A stretch of DNA of 64,000 bases from Eledone cirrhosa (GCA_964016885.1 OZ024743.1:304048001-304112000); one strand, 5' to 3'. Numbered from the stretch's first letter, positions 1 to 12,738 are shown. The notes: generated by a model not told the origin, from the sequence alone. Translations and numbers: made by a program.

Positions 1-689
1 ACTCGTAAAGTGTCTCTCTGGCAACTTGTCCCTTTCTTTTGAATCTATCGCCCATTGTTGTCGTTGACATTATTTGGCATTTTTAACGACTGTTCTAGCG
101 ATGAATATTCTCGATCAGAGACAACAGTGTTAGTCATTTAACTTTATCATAACTATAATTATTTTTCTCTTTAGAAGAGACAACAGCATGAGGTCCACAA
201 AATCGTTATTTTCTTTTCTTTGTCTTCTTTCGTCCTTCTATCTGTGCTGTTTGTTTTATCACACACACCATACCAACAGAAAGATTTATTTTTTCTGTTG
301 CAAGATCCAGCATTTGAAAAGGGTACTATAAATTAAATCGTGCGAATCAATTTTGCTGGTTTGTGTTCTAATGAAGTTATAGGTGTGTGGAGGACTGTGT
401 CTTGTACATCGCCTTTCTTTATTTCCCCCTTCCAGTCAATTCTATGCGCCAACACACTTTTTGTTATCCTCCTATTTCAATCTTTTCTACATTTCATCTG
501 CCTGTCACCCACCTTATTGGACGTCTTTGTCGGCCACTGTCCACTGGTCTCTGTCTACTGATGCATTTTACCCATCGCTTACATTGATAGCTCTTGACTG
601 TTTTATCGGCTGTTCTAGCTATTTTTGTCGTTTTTGTATGCATTCAAATACGCACTCCCGTCATCTCAATCAGAGACGACAATGTTCTA

Positions 690-753
<64 letters not shown>

Positions 754-1096
754 AAATTAAGATAAATCAAATGAATCTAATCTAAATAAAAATTATATAA
801 CACGTGGTGCTGGCCAGTCGCTGATTTGAGCTTTAAGTGTAAACACGGATCGCTGGAACTTCTTCCTTGTTGAAAATCCAAGTCTCCACTTCCCTGGTTT
901 ACCATCCGATTAATTGGTGAAATATATTTCTTTAATGGAATATATACAGGAAAGATTAATCATATTATAAGGTATCTATTTTTGAAGTTCTGGTCAACTT
1001 TATTTAGTTACCTACCTAGCTATGTGTGGTTACACACTTGTAAAAATTATCTCCTGTGATTATTCATGTTTATTTATATGTTAATCAATTTCTAGT

Positions 1097-1155
<59 letters not shown>

Positions 1156-1212
1156 AAAGTGAGGGGTTTTTTTTAAATGAAAAATAACCGAGGTGTCCTA
1201 CACGAGTGAATG

Positions 1213-1648
<436 letters not shown>

Positions 1649-2854
1649 AGACTTGGGCTACATCCATTCCATAGTCAGCACAGTACATGTCGGTTCTCTC
1701 AGACTGCTGTACTGAGTGATTTCATCAGAAGGAAACTTGATACTTGATGTGGCCGGTTTCCCATCACGATACAAGTCTGTCAGTTTCAAGAGGCTTTCCT
1801 GACTTATCTAAGACACCACAGGTTACTCCTGTTGTCATCTGTATCTCTCGGATCAGGAAACAGGAAGCACCAGCCGAAATGCAAAGGAGCGAAATAAAAC
1901 TAAAATTTGGTTTTAACTGAAATGGCCCTCTGCTTTTGTGTCTGTTGTCGAAAACTCTGGTGTCCTCGCTCCCTAACCTCTCACCATCTTCTACACAAGC
2001 TGGAGCAGTAGATTCACTTTAGGTGGAATCGTTGATAAAGCAGTCAATGGGGGAGTTTCATCCCTCACCAAATCTCACCCATTGATATTTTTTGCACCTT
2101 CCTTTTTGTAACTATATACAACTGAATGGTGAATGTTAGATCAATATGTTAGGTTGAAGGTATAAATATCCTATATCAAATTCCATTTTACGAACGATAT
2201 TTAATTTATATAACACGTATGTTAGACGTCTTTATATGACTGTCGTGGGCTCCATAAAATAGATGCCAGTCAATTATTTAACATTGAATTGTTATCAATG
2301 TATATTTTGTGTTGGTTATTGTTAAAAACAAACATTACTCTTTCTCCTTTTCATGCATGTTTTAACATTTAGAGACGCAGTTCACTTGTGTATGTGATGT
2401 TGTATCCGAATGCAGTCCCTAAATTATAAATATCTGACTTCCAAAATATTCAATAAGCACGAACAAGCCAACCTGTGTAGGGTGTAGGAGTAATGATAAT
2501 AGTATAGTTAATTCGGTTACTCGAGAGAGTGTTGCCTAGTGATCTTGAAAATCACACTTATATTCACGTTGCTCCTGTACAGTCAACTTAGCGTGAGTAC
2601 CAATAGTAACTGGAAATGAAAACTGCGATAAACCGTCGATTAACACCGGTTGGATGAACCTTCAGCTAAAAAATATGTTAACTCAGTCACCATTAACCTT
2701 ATATCTTAACTTGAGTTGCCTGCGTATGATTATCATAATTGTTGTTAATGATCCATACAATTAGTATGATGATTACTGACTCTGTTCTTGTCTTAACAAA
2801 GGCGTTACACATACAATGTTTTCCTCTGATGACAACTAGAATTATGTTGTTGTT

Positions 2855-3545
2855 ATTGGGGCTCTATAGAATGTTAGTGGCGGGGAAAAAATGTTAACGT
2901 TATTAATGAGTCTTTGAGCGTCGAGGAAAATCATGTAGCTACTCTTTTGTGGAGGACTTACCATTCAGGGCCCATACCAAGATAAGATCCTGGCCTGATA
3001 GTGCTACCGGGGAGCATTGCCAGTTTGAAATCATTTCTACAGGCATGGAAGTTATGTCCAAGATTCGCGCAAGGCAAAGACGTCATCCTTGTGCACTCGT
3101 CGATTGTCAGACTATTACTGACTCTTGGTTTATGTCGAAAACCAGCTGTCACGTGCACGCCGGATCCAGCTATCATCTAAGTCATTCGTGAAGATTTCCC
3201 AACCGGGACAGACAGGCAGATTTTTCTGTCTAATGGCCATGACGAAATAGATCATAAGGTAGAAGCGTTGAAAGGATTTGAAGGCAAGAGCTTTCACCAC
3301 CAGTGAAGCCTTGATTAACCTCTTGATGTTTCATTTGAAAAGGAAAATAAGGTGGAGAGGGAAATGCTACATATCCGCCAGTTTGTTGAAAGGGAGGTAT
3401 GAGTGATGAACATGGTCCTGGTTGATGGGTCTGCTCTGAGTATGCAGCAGTTGATTGGAGGGCGATAATTGTGAAGGAGTGAATGACGTTCCGGTCAGAG
3501 TGATAATGGATATTTGTGTGTGTGTGGGGGTGGGGGGGCTTTCCC
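2855..3545 (+). pseudogene. Old, decayed 3' fragment of a Tx1/L1-clade retrotransposon related to the 46.7-64 kb family
   Basis: Piecewise translation (ESLSVEENHVATL, CYRGALPV, FYRHG, CPRFAQGKD, FHLKRKIR) matches the ORF2 C-terminus at 46979-47600. Many stops and frameshifts. The 3'UTR is also similar. Confidence 0.7.
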
Positions 3546-3959
3546 ATGATTGATCCTCGAATATTTCCCCTCTGTTAAAGAATTTTCTTTTATTTAAACT
3601 TTGACGTTTGTTGTTTTTCTTCAAAATTTTTACACAAAATTTCTCACAATATATGTCGATCATTTTTCAGTATATATTTGGATAATTTGTTCAATTTTGC
3701 GATGAATATATTTTTCCCAGTGGGGATAAATTACCATTAGAAAACATTTTATTTCTTTTTGATCTTTGACTGTGATATCTGGTCAGTTGTTTTTTTATCT
3801 CTCTGTTTTATGTATTGATTTAATCTAAAGTGTATCTGAATTGTCATTCTCTGACAAATTTTCTGGTATAACTTTGTGCCAACATTTTCTGCTAGTATTC
3901 CTTAGTTTTTACTTAAATTGCAGTGTAAATAAATATCAATTCTATCATATCTGTGAATA

Positions 3960-4002
<43 letters not shown>

Positions 4003-4111
4003 GATATTAACAAATGGAGACTATATTTATAAAATCATATCTATTTTATTATACATATATCAGTTATAAAAATATTTGCTTGTTGTATCCCAACAATTTA
4101 AATAGAACTTT

Positions 4112-4189
<78 letters not shown>

Positions 4190-4371
4190 TAGTAAAAAGG
4201 AAAAGAAAATGCTAATATATATATATATATATATATGTTTGTATGTATATACATGTATATATCTGTGTGTTTGTGTGTGGGCGTGTTGGCGTGGGTGTAT
4301 GTGCTTTTTGTTTGTGTGTGTGTGTATTGGACAATGAAAATGACACAAAAGCCGAAGATAAATTGATAATT

Positions 4372-4556
4372 AGCTCATGGTGGATTGGCAGTATCGGTAA
4401 AGGAACGGATGCCATGCTTTGCAATAAAGAGTTACGGGCCTTTATGGTCTGAGTTCAAATCCCGCCGAGGTTAACTTTGCCTTTATCCTTACGGGGTCGA
4501 TAAAATAAAGAACCCGTAATAGACTGGCCTTGTGCCAACAGTAGAAGCAATTATTT
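4372..4556 (+). mobile_element. tRNA-derived SINE (octopus-type)
   Basis: A-box-like TGGCAGTATCGG, B-box GAGTTCAAATCCC and body CTTTGCCTTT(C)ATCCTTACGGGGTCGATAAAATAAAG. Five copies occur in the window. Confidence 0.8.
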
Positions 4557-4619
4557 TAGGTTCATTTCAGTGCTGATTTATTATGGGAGTAATAAATCAA
4601 CACTGAGTAAGTACTGGTT

Positions 4620-5222
4620 ATATTGATACCTATTTCTACTATAGGAGAAAGGATAGGTGAACACTGGCGAGAGCTCCAGGAAGGGAAAAACACTTCAGTA
4701 CTCCAACAACATGCCAAAATAGAACATAGGGGACATTTAGGGAACATAGAGATGAACATTATATCAACACGCAGAAAAGATGCAATGCTCAGAAAATTCA
4801 CAGAGGCGACAAACAAACGAACTCCAACCAAAATAAAACAGAAAAGATGAGTGGAATAGCAACACAAAACTAGTAATTAAGTACAAAATACAGACACACA
4901 CTAAAACAAAACTAACAAAACAAATCAGACACACACACAGAGAACAAACAAGCAACTGGTGATAAGTAAATAAACAAATAAAAACACACACACATACGCG
5001 GATATAATGCATTCGAAAACTAAACACACAACAAGCAACAAACAAAAACAAGATGGTGTAGGGCAGAACAAAGGAAAGGCAAACTAGTTACTGAAGAGGA
5101 CACAGAAAGTGTGACGAAAGATGTTTCACATATAAACAACTATCCGGTTATCGAACCAACCAGCCAACCGGAAATTTATAATAAATTGAGCTGAAACCCA
5201 TACTTGCGCGTGTTTTTATTGG

Positions 5223-5225
<3 letters not shown>
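4620..5225 (+). mobile_element. 5'-truncated Penelope-like element: GIY-YIG C-terminal remnant plus pseudo-LTR with degenerate hammerhead (5087-5130)
   Basis: IGERIGEHWRELQ..SVLQQHAKIEH..EA aligns with the 31812-32387 GIY-YIG ORF. The downstream sequence is homologous to 32480-32840. Ends in (TA)n. Confidence 0.75.
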
Positions 5226-5266
<41 letters not shown>

Positions 5267-5291
5267 AGGGCACAAGACCTATGTATGTATG

Positions 5292-5326
<35 letters not shown>

Positions 5327-5454
5327 ACACACACACACACATATATATATATATATTTTTTTTTAGTATATGTTGGTTGTATACCAACACCTGAGTATGC
5401 AGGTTGGAGCACTCGACGTTATGCGCAGGTTGGTTTGGTTACTCCGGAGTAATG

Positions 5455-5611
5455 TAAAATAAAGTAAAATAAAAAGTCAAATGTTTAAAATTTAGCTTCG
5501 TTTATTACTGCTGTATATATTTCGGTGACAGCCAAAGATGGCTGTCACCGAAATATATATAGCAGTAATAAACGAAGCTAAATTTTAAACATTTGACTTT
5601 TTATTTTACTT

Positions 5612-5618
<7 letters not shown>
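5455..5618. repeat. 80-bp-arm palindrome (fold-back pseudo-LTR)
   Basis: Centre is GGTGACAGCCA-AAGA-TGGCTGTCACC. Arms carry GAAATATATATAGCAG, homologous to the hammerhead at 41454-41507. Confidence 0.85.
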
Positions 5619-5680
<62 letters not shown>

Positions 5681-5833
5681 CACATAAATATATATATATA
5701 CACATACATATATATGTATATACACACAGACATATATATATATATATTTATATATATACAAATATACATACATGGGTCATGTGCCCTCAACACACACGCA
5801 CACACACACACTCACATATATATATATATATAT

Positions 5834-6425
5834 GTCAGGTCACCAGTTGGTGCTACTGGTAACATGTATCCCAGTACAACCCGTCTCATGGTCGGGTCGT
5901 TGGCGACCAAACTGGCAACCTCACCAAGGTTTCTTAATGAGGAGGGTGACTTTGAACATCCTGTAGGACTAAAAACAAAACTCGTCAAAGGGCAAAGGAG
6001 CTCTTAAGAGTCAATCACCATCCAAAATCACCGGGAAAGATGACTCCTTAGCCTTTGTCAAGGCAGAATTCTAGGAGAAGGAAAACTCTGATATAACACC
6101 TGCAACCCTGATGGTATCCAATGTCTTGTTCTTCTTTTTGGTAAATATCATCTTGGTTAAGAGAGTGGGACTGGTTTTGTGCAGTGCCTTTGCTCCCTAT
6201 AAAAGCTTCACGGCACAGGCATTGCTTTGTATCTGGAGATCTCTATCGTCATATGATACCATGGGCCCAGCACTCTGTGTCAATGATTGTCACAAGTGTA
6301 ATGTTTTTACCGGAAAGTTCAAGTCGCTGGCTGGACTAAATATTCACACTCGTTCAGCGCATCGGTAGGGGTTCTCCTACATGGATATAAAGTAGTGGCC
6401 GTACTCGAAAACGAGTTGGCAGCCA

Positions 6426-6428
<3 letters not shown>
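5834..6428 (+). mobile_element. Short non-autonomous RTE-derived element (5'UTR-like segment fused to a C-terminal C2H2-like end)
   Basis: CTAGGAGAAGGAAAACTCTGA resembles RTE 5' regions. The 3' part encodes CNV..KFKSLAGLNIHTRSAH. There is no RT, and the element is flanked by (TA)n on both sides. Confidence 0.45.
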
Positions 6429-6483
<55 letters not shown>

Positions 6484-7771
6484 CCAATAGAAACACACGC
6501 AACTATGGGTTTCACCTCAAAAGAAGAAGAAGAAACAAGGTCTGTCTAGTTGTTGGATAAGGTGCATTTACAAATAAGAGGAAAGCACGAAAGGCGGCAA
6601 TTTTCCTTCATTAGTTGTCTGCTGGGGATCATGGATATTTCTACGCATTAAAGACAAGATATCAAGCCGCAGTGCGTCAATAACCAAAAGAAGTTATTGT
6701 GAAAAAAGGCGAGAGAGTGAAGAAAAATGTATAACAGAAGGGGAAAAGGGAAGAAAGGAAAAAAAGCGAAAAAGAACGGAAAACAACATACTGAAGAGGG
6801 AAATCCGAAAGCACATGTGTGTGATCAACACGAATAGAGAAAAATTAAGGTCGACATCAAGAACTGGACTTAAGTCCGTTGCTGTGTGGACGAGAAAGAA
6901 ACACGTCTGACCTCCGAAAGAGTAAGTGAGAAAGCGACAGGTGAGAGTAACAGCGGGGCGGTTAGAAGAGAGAGGAAGAGTAAAAATGAGAGGGAGAAAG
7001 GGAGAGAAAGAAAGAACCAAACTCCCACTGCCTCCATTTCTCCTGCTCTCCCCATCTCTCATATACACCAAGTCCGAACACAAAGGAACCAAACTCCCAC
7101 TGTCACTGCCTCCGTCTCTCCCTCTCTCGCCATATCTCACTATTGTTAGTAAATGGCGACCACGCGTTGGCTGCCCCGTGACTCCGGCGGACAAAATAGA
7201 GAAGATGTTTCCCCGGAGGATGGTGAGGGAGTCAAGAGCAGGAGGGGCGGAGGCAGTGGCAGTAGGAGTTTGCTTCCTTTGTGTTTGGACCTGGTGTCTC
7301 TATAAGAGATGTGTCTACTCGTAAATGTTTAAATAACAGTACACACTAGAAGTGAATTGTGGGTACATTGTAATTTGCTTTCTCAATCCTGTGCTGGGGC
7401 TGTGGGGAGGCCAGTAAGTAGGACTCCATTTGCTCATATTACAAGGAGATGGGGAGGGCGATGACAGTGGGAGTTCGTCTCTTTCACGTTCGGACCATAT
7501 CCTTGTGGTTGTGTTTATTATCTATATACCAATTACCATGTACTCACAGTACACACTAGTAGTGTATTGGCCAAAGTCTTAGGAGCAGCCGTGATCTATG
7601 ATACGGAGGAGTGGTAGCATGTCAGAGACCGCCGGATTTAAAATTTCTCAATGGCTGAAGATGTAAATTGTTGCTAGATTTGGTTTCACTTGTAGGGAGG
7701 TGTTAACCTCTGAGGTTTACTGTTCATAGTGAGAGTCTATATATATATGCATGTGTGGGTGTATGCATCAG

Positions 7772-7851
<80 letters not shown>

Positions 7852-7881
7852 TGTGTGTATGTATGTGTATATATATATATA

Positions 7882-8762
7882 AGAGGTGTGTCAGAAATGT
7901 TCCAGGACCGATGTCACAAAAGATTTATTTCAAACCCCAACTTTACACTAAGAGTTTTCTCCTTCAATGTAATCCCCCTGGAGTCTAATACACTTTTCCA
8001 TCCTTTTCTGCCATGCTTGCATGCACTCCTGGAAGGATTCTTCCGGGATCCTCCGCAGTTCCATCGTCATGGCCTTTTTGATGTCGTCCACGTCTTCAAA
8101 ATGCGTCCCCTCCGGGTCGTACTCGAAGATCCATGACTCATCACCGGTGATGACTGTCCCTAGCAAGTCTGGTTCGGTTTCAAGACGCTCGAGGATGTCT
8201 TCGCACACTTGCATGCGTCGACCCTTCTGGTCATCGTTCAGCAGTTTTGTCACCATCTTCGCGCAGACGTTCTGCATGTCCAAATTTTCAGTGAGAATCT
8301 ACCAGACGCTGTCCCGATTCATGCCCAGGTCATTTGCCATCAGTCGAACAATCAGCTGACGATCGCTACGTACCATCTGCCTGACGCGCTCAACGTTGAC
8401 CTCAGTCCTGGTTGTTGAGGGCCTTTCATCCTGGGGTCATCTTGCACCACTCAAAGACACGTGAGCGTGACATCGTCTCATCTCCATACACTTGCTGCAG
8501 CAATCCCAGTGCTTCTGACGGAGTTTTCCCCAACCGTACCAGAAACTTCATGTTCGTTGCTCTCTGCTCATTGCTTGATGACCTGAAAGAGTGGACATGT
8601 ATATAAAATTATGAAGAAAAAAGTGTGATCGCTGCAGAGAGCTAAGAGTACAATTACATACTCCTGGGGGATTACATTGAAGGAGAACACTCTTGGTGTG
8701 AAGTTTGGTTTTGAAATAAATCTTTTGTGACATCAGTCCTGAAAATTTACTGACACACCTCG
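7882..8762 (-). mobile_element. Internally deleted mariner (Tc1/mariner) DNA transposon
   Basis: ~105-bp terminal inverted repeats ((C)GAGGTGTGTCAG...) with TA flanks. Transposase remnants: MSREQRTNMKFLVRLGK (from 8571), [15 protein letters not shown] and QGDYIEG. The catalytic centre after the first D is deleted. Confidence 0.92.
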
Positions 8763-8797
<35 letters not shown>

Positions 8798-8944
8798 GTA
8801 TGTGTGTGTGCGTGTGTGTGTGTGGGTATGTGTGTGTGTGTGCGTTTGTATATATATATGTATATATATATATATAGGTGTGCGCATATTTATATATTTA
8901 TATGTTTACGTGTATTTATGTATATGTATGTATATGTATGTGTA

Positions 8945-9036
<92 letters not shown>

Positions 9037-9039
<3 letters not shown>

Positions 9040-9635
9040 CAACGGAGGCCGTATGGACTCCGTTTATTCTTGAGACTCGAAACCGATTCGGTAAAGGTAA
9101 CTAGAGTAAGTAAAGTTAATTTTTAAAAATTTAATTTGAAACTTTTTCTTATTTGCTAAACCTTGATTATATATGTTCTGGCTCGTTAATTTATTAACCT
9201 GCCATTTAACCACATTGGCATATGGTTGGACAATAGATGTGTCCCTTGTGCGTATAGGAATATATACTCTATTATTATTCTCCTCTTGGTTGAGTAAAAT
9301 ATTTGGTCGTTCTGACCGCTGCTAGTTATAGCGGTAGCCGACTGACCTCCCTGCCCCCGCCTCTATCTTTAGACTCGGCCCTTGAAAAAATTGATTCCAC
9401 TTCATTTTCTCTCATCTCAGGAACAGTTTTGAATAGCGCCAGTTCGTAATTTGAATTCGGGAATTTTATATTCTTCGAATGAAAAGACCCTTCTGACGAG
9501 AGTTTTTCTTTGCAATGGAGGCCGTATGGATTTTTGAGACTCGAAACCGATTCAGTAAAAGTAACTATAGTAAGTAAAGTTAATTTTTAAAAATTTACTT
9601 TGAAACATTTTCTTATTTGCTAAACCATGATTATA
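9037..9635 (+). mobile_element. Penelope-like partial tandem pseudo-LTR (non-autonomous)
   Basis: 9037-9172 is repeated at 9510-9635. Both ends lie in (TA)n, and a hammerhead is present. A related copy is on the minus strand at ~31098-31250. Confidence 0.75.
9488..9561 (+). ncRNA. Type I hammerhead ribozyme (extended stem II)
   Basis: CCTT-CTGACGA-GAGTTT...AGACTC-GAAAC-CGATTC(A/G)-GTA-AA(A/G)G. The upstream partial copy (9079-9097) has perfect stem III and stem I sequence. Confidence 0.7.
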
Positions 9636-9656
9636 TATATATATATACATATATAT

Positions 9657-9778
9657 AAGAAAAAGTATGACGCCGATGGCAGAGCTCAAGTCGTTTCGAC
9701 TGTTATTTCTGGCTATTTCTATCCAGAAATAGCCGTCGAAACGGCTTGAGCTCTGCCGATCAGGTCATATTTTTCCTA
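9657..9778. repeat. Fold-back palindrome of a pseudo-LTR family also seen at 31666-31775
   Basis: GGCAGAGCTCAAGTCGTTTCGAC...GTCGAAACGGCTTGAGCTCTGCC. The centre is the GGCTATTTCT/AGAAATAGCC stem. Confidence 0.8.
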
Positions 9779-9856
9779 TTACCCACTCTACTACCCTAAG
9801 TATTGCGTACTCTGGTGCGTTATGGTCTATCTGGTTGCTTACCACAACTCCTTTGT

Positions 9857-9942
<86 letters not shown>

Positions 9943-10159
9943 ATGTATGTATGTAAATATATATAATATATGTGTTTGTATGTATGTGTGAATGTATATA
10001 TATATGTGTGTGTGTATATGTATATATGCATGTGTGTCTACTCTGGAAGTTTGCTTAACATTACCTATTGAGTACGCTGAGATGCAACCGGTTTTAGCAG
10101 TGAAAGCCATGCTAGTTCCGTCAATGATATATATATATATACATTTACTATAAAAATGG

Positions 10160-10206
10160 CTTCTACTGCACTAGAACTGTTTCATTCGGGAGAAATCATC
10201 AGGAAG
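10160..10206 (-). ncRNA. Minimal type I hammerhead ribozyme in a short pseudo-LTR remnant
   Basis: Minus strand reads CTTC-CTGATGA-TTTC-TCCC-GAAT-GAAAC...GTA-GAAG (stem I CTTC/GAAG). Confidence 0.65.
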
Positions 10207-10276
10207 CACTGGGCTTATATATATATATATATTTGTGTGTGTGTGTGTGTGTGTGTTTGTGTGTGGTGTGTGTGTG

Positions 10277-10323
10277 TAAATCTTTTGTGACAGCAGTCCT
10301 GGAACTTTTCTGACACACCTCGT
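10277..10323. mobile_element. Solo terminal inverted repeat of the mariner family at 7882-8762
   Basis: TAAATCTTTTGTGACAGCAGTCCTGGAACTTTTCTGACACACCTCGTA matches 8717-8764. Confidence 0.8.
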
Positions 10324-10427
10324 ATATATGAAATGTCTATTTCTCTGTATGGATGTGAGCACGCGTGTCGTGTATGTGTGCCTACATGTCTGTGTTTTAA
10401 AATAATGTTAAATCTTTAATGATTTGC

Positions 10428-10462
<35 letters not shown>

Positions 10463-10509
10463 TTATGTATGTGTGCATAGATAATTATTTGTATTTTCTA
10501 TTTCATGTA

Positions 10510-10688
10510 ACTGTTTCTACTTTTGGCACAAGGCCAGCAATTATCCAGTACATTACTGGTACTTTATTTTATCGACCCCGTAAGGATGAAAGGCAAAGTT
10601 AACCTCGGCGGGATTTGAACTCAGACTGTAAAGGGACCTAACTATGCTGGAAAGCATGGCGTCCGACTCTCTACCGATACTACCATAT
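10510..10688 (-). mobile_element. tRNA-derived SINE copy
   Basis: Reverse complement of the 11682-11867 SINE, including the A and B boxes. Confidence 0.85.
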
Positions 10689-11099
10689 TTCATATAACGT
10701 CCTCTTAATCACTTCAGCTATTTACAAAGTAACTGATTAGTCAAAGGTTGCCTCCCTTAGTCAAACGAGGGAACAAAAGAGAAAACAAACAATTGTAAAT
10801 AGTCTCCAGAGAAATTTCAAGTTTGATTTGCCTCCCTTATTTCGAATATTAAGATCTCTGGTAATTGGAGCAGACATTGTCGGTGAAAAAATCTTCCCTT
10901 TTCATATATCTGTCCACGTGGCTGACGACGGACCAGTTCAAAAGGGCCCCTTCGAATATACTGCGGCGGACATAACTGCACACCGATACCAATGGTTGCA
11001 CATACATGTTAAGTGTTTGAAACATTAGTTATACTACACCCACTCCCCATATATACATAAAGTGCGCACACACACATATATTAGATATATTAGATGTAC

Positions 11100-12200
11100 A
11101 TAGATGTAGTTCTAAGGCTTGCTATCCAAAAATAATGTAGTTAATTCTTCTCTCCCTGTCACCACATAATCGGTAGTTAATGTGTTCTGTTTGTAACGTA
11201 TTTCTGGTAGTTACCGGTAGGAAAGTTTTCATGTTGTGCAGTTATTAGAAACCATTTAGTGTTTTTCTAACCATTTTTGTGAAATTGTTTTTTCCCTTTC
11301 TCCCTGGTAAGCTTTTATCGTATGTTTACTTGACTTCGTTTTACCATAGCATTCTGGATAGCTGTTTTTAAATGGAATTTTATACTTCTTTTCCAGTTTC
11401 TGTAGTTGCTTTTTTGTATCAGGGTTTTCTTCATAATTATCTGCCAATTCAGCTTCTGCTTTGAATTTATTGTCTTCCTTCAAGATAGAAATCTACTTGT
11501 GTTTTGATCATGTTTTATGTATATTTGTGTTAACAATTCAATATTTTTCATCTGAAATGTTTGTAGTCCCACGATAGTTTTCTGCAATTATAAGGCTTGT
11601 TCCCTCACTGTGCTGGTGGGTATCATATTTCTACAACTGATTTTAAGTGGAGTATATTAAATGCAGTCATTATTGATCTAGGGCGGTGGATTGGCAGTAT
11701 CGGTAAGGGTCGGACGCCATGCTTTGAAGCATAGAGTTACCTCCCTTTATGATCTGAGTTCAAATCCCGCCGAGGTTAACTTTGCCTTTCATCCTTACGG
11801 GGTCGATAAAATAAAGTACCAGTAATGCACTGGAATAATTGCTGGCCTTGTGCCAAAAGTAGAAACAATTATTGATCTAGGGCGGTGGATTGGCAGTATC
11901 GGTAGAGGGTCGGACGCCATGCTTTCCAGCATAGTTACGTCCCTTTACGATCTGAATTCAAATCTCGCCGAGGTTGACTTTGCCTTTCATCCTTACGGGG
12001 TCGATAAAATAAAGTACCAGTAATGTACTGGGTATTGCTGGCCTTGTGTCAAAACTAGAAACAATTATTGATCTAGTGTGTGTGTTTTGTCTAATATTTA
12101 GAGTTTATTTTATGTCGAGCTGAGAATTTGTTTAATGTAGACATTTACTATAATGGTTAGAATATTGTTAACTATTACTATATTATTTGCATTAATAATC
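11100..12200 (-). pseudogene. Ancient decayed R4/Dong-like non-LTR fragment, interrupted by the SINE dimer
   Basis: Minus-strand remnants YRLCGDRERRINYIIFG (CCHC-like), SQKWLEKH and ...SEGTSLI resemble the 3' half of the 58815-61513 element. Heavily frameshifted, and the boundaries are approximate. Confidence 0.45.
11682..12063 (+). mobile_element. Two tandem full-length tRNA-derived SINEs
   Basis: Two ~185-bp units. ATTATTGATCTAG occurs at 11669-11681, 11868-11880 and 12064-12076. Confidence 0.9.
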
Positions 12201-12294
12201 TAATAATGCGTAATAATCTGATCCGGCTATAATATTACATTTTAATATTTTCTGTCCCGTGTGTGTGTGTTGAAATGCTACTAGGTCATTGATA

Positions 12295-12352
<58 letters not shown>

Positions 12353-12690
12353 TATGCCTGTGTTTCATCTAATTCGCTTTTCGCAGTTTCTTTATCCTGC
12401 GTGATATTAGTGGTGTTCACTAGATTTCCCTTTTTCACTTTTGCCTTTGCACATGTTTCCAATTAAAATTCCATGTTTATTTCTTTTGAGAAACTATGTT
12501 TGTCGGGTCTAATCATTCAAGTTGTCTCTCGTCTGCAACGTACAGCGGTACATCGTCCAGATACAGGAGATGGTTAAGTTTGTTTTCGTAGCATTTATAA
12601 CCAAGACCTGTCTTGTTTAGTATCATAGATAACGGTAGCAGAATGAACTAGTCATATTTTGTATGCATATACGTATATATATACATATAA

Positions 12691-12738
<48 letters not shown>

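Noticed and set aside
3550-3960. Possible decayed retroelement coding remnant on the minus strand
   Set aside because: Strand-biased composition only, with no diagnostic motif readable.
11682-12063. tRNA genes
   Set aside because: A and B boxes are present but there is no cloverleaf. Multi-copy SINE body and tail.
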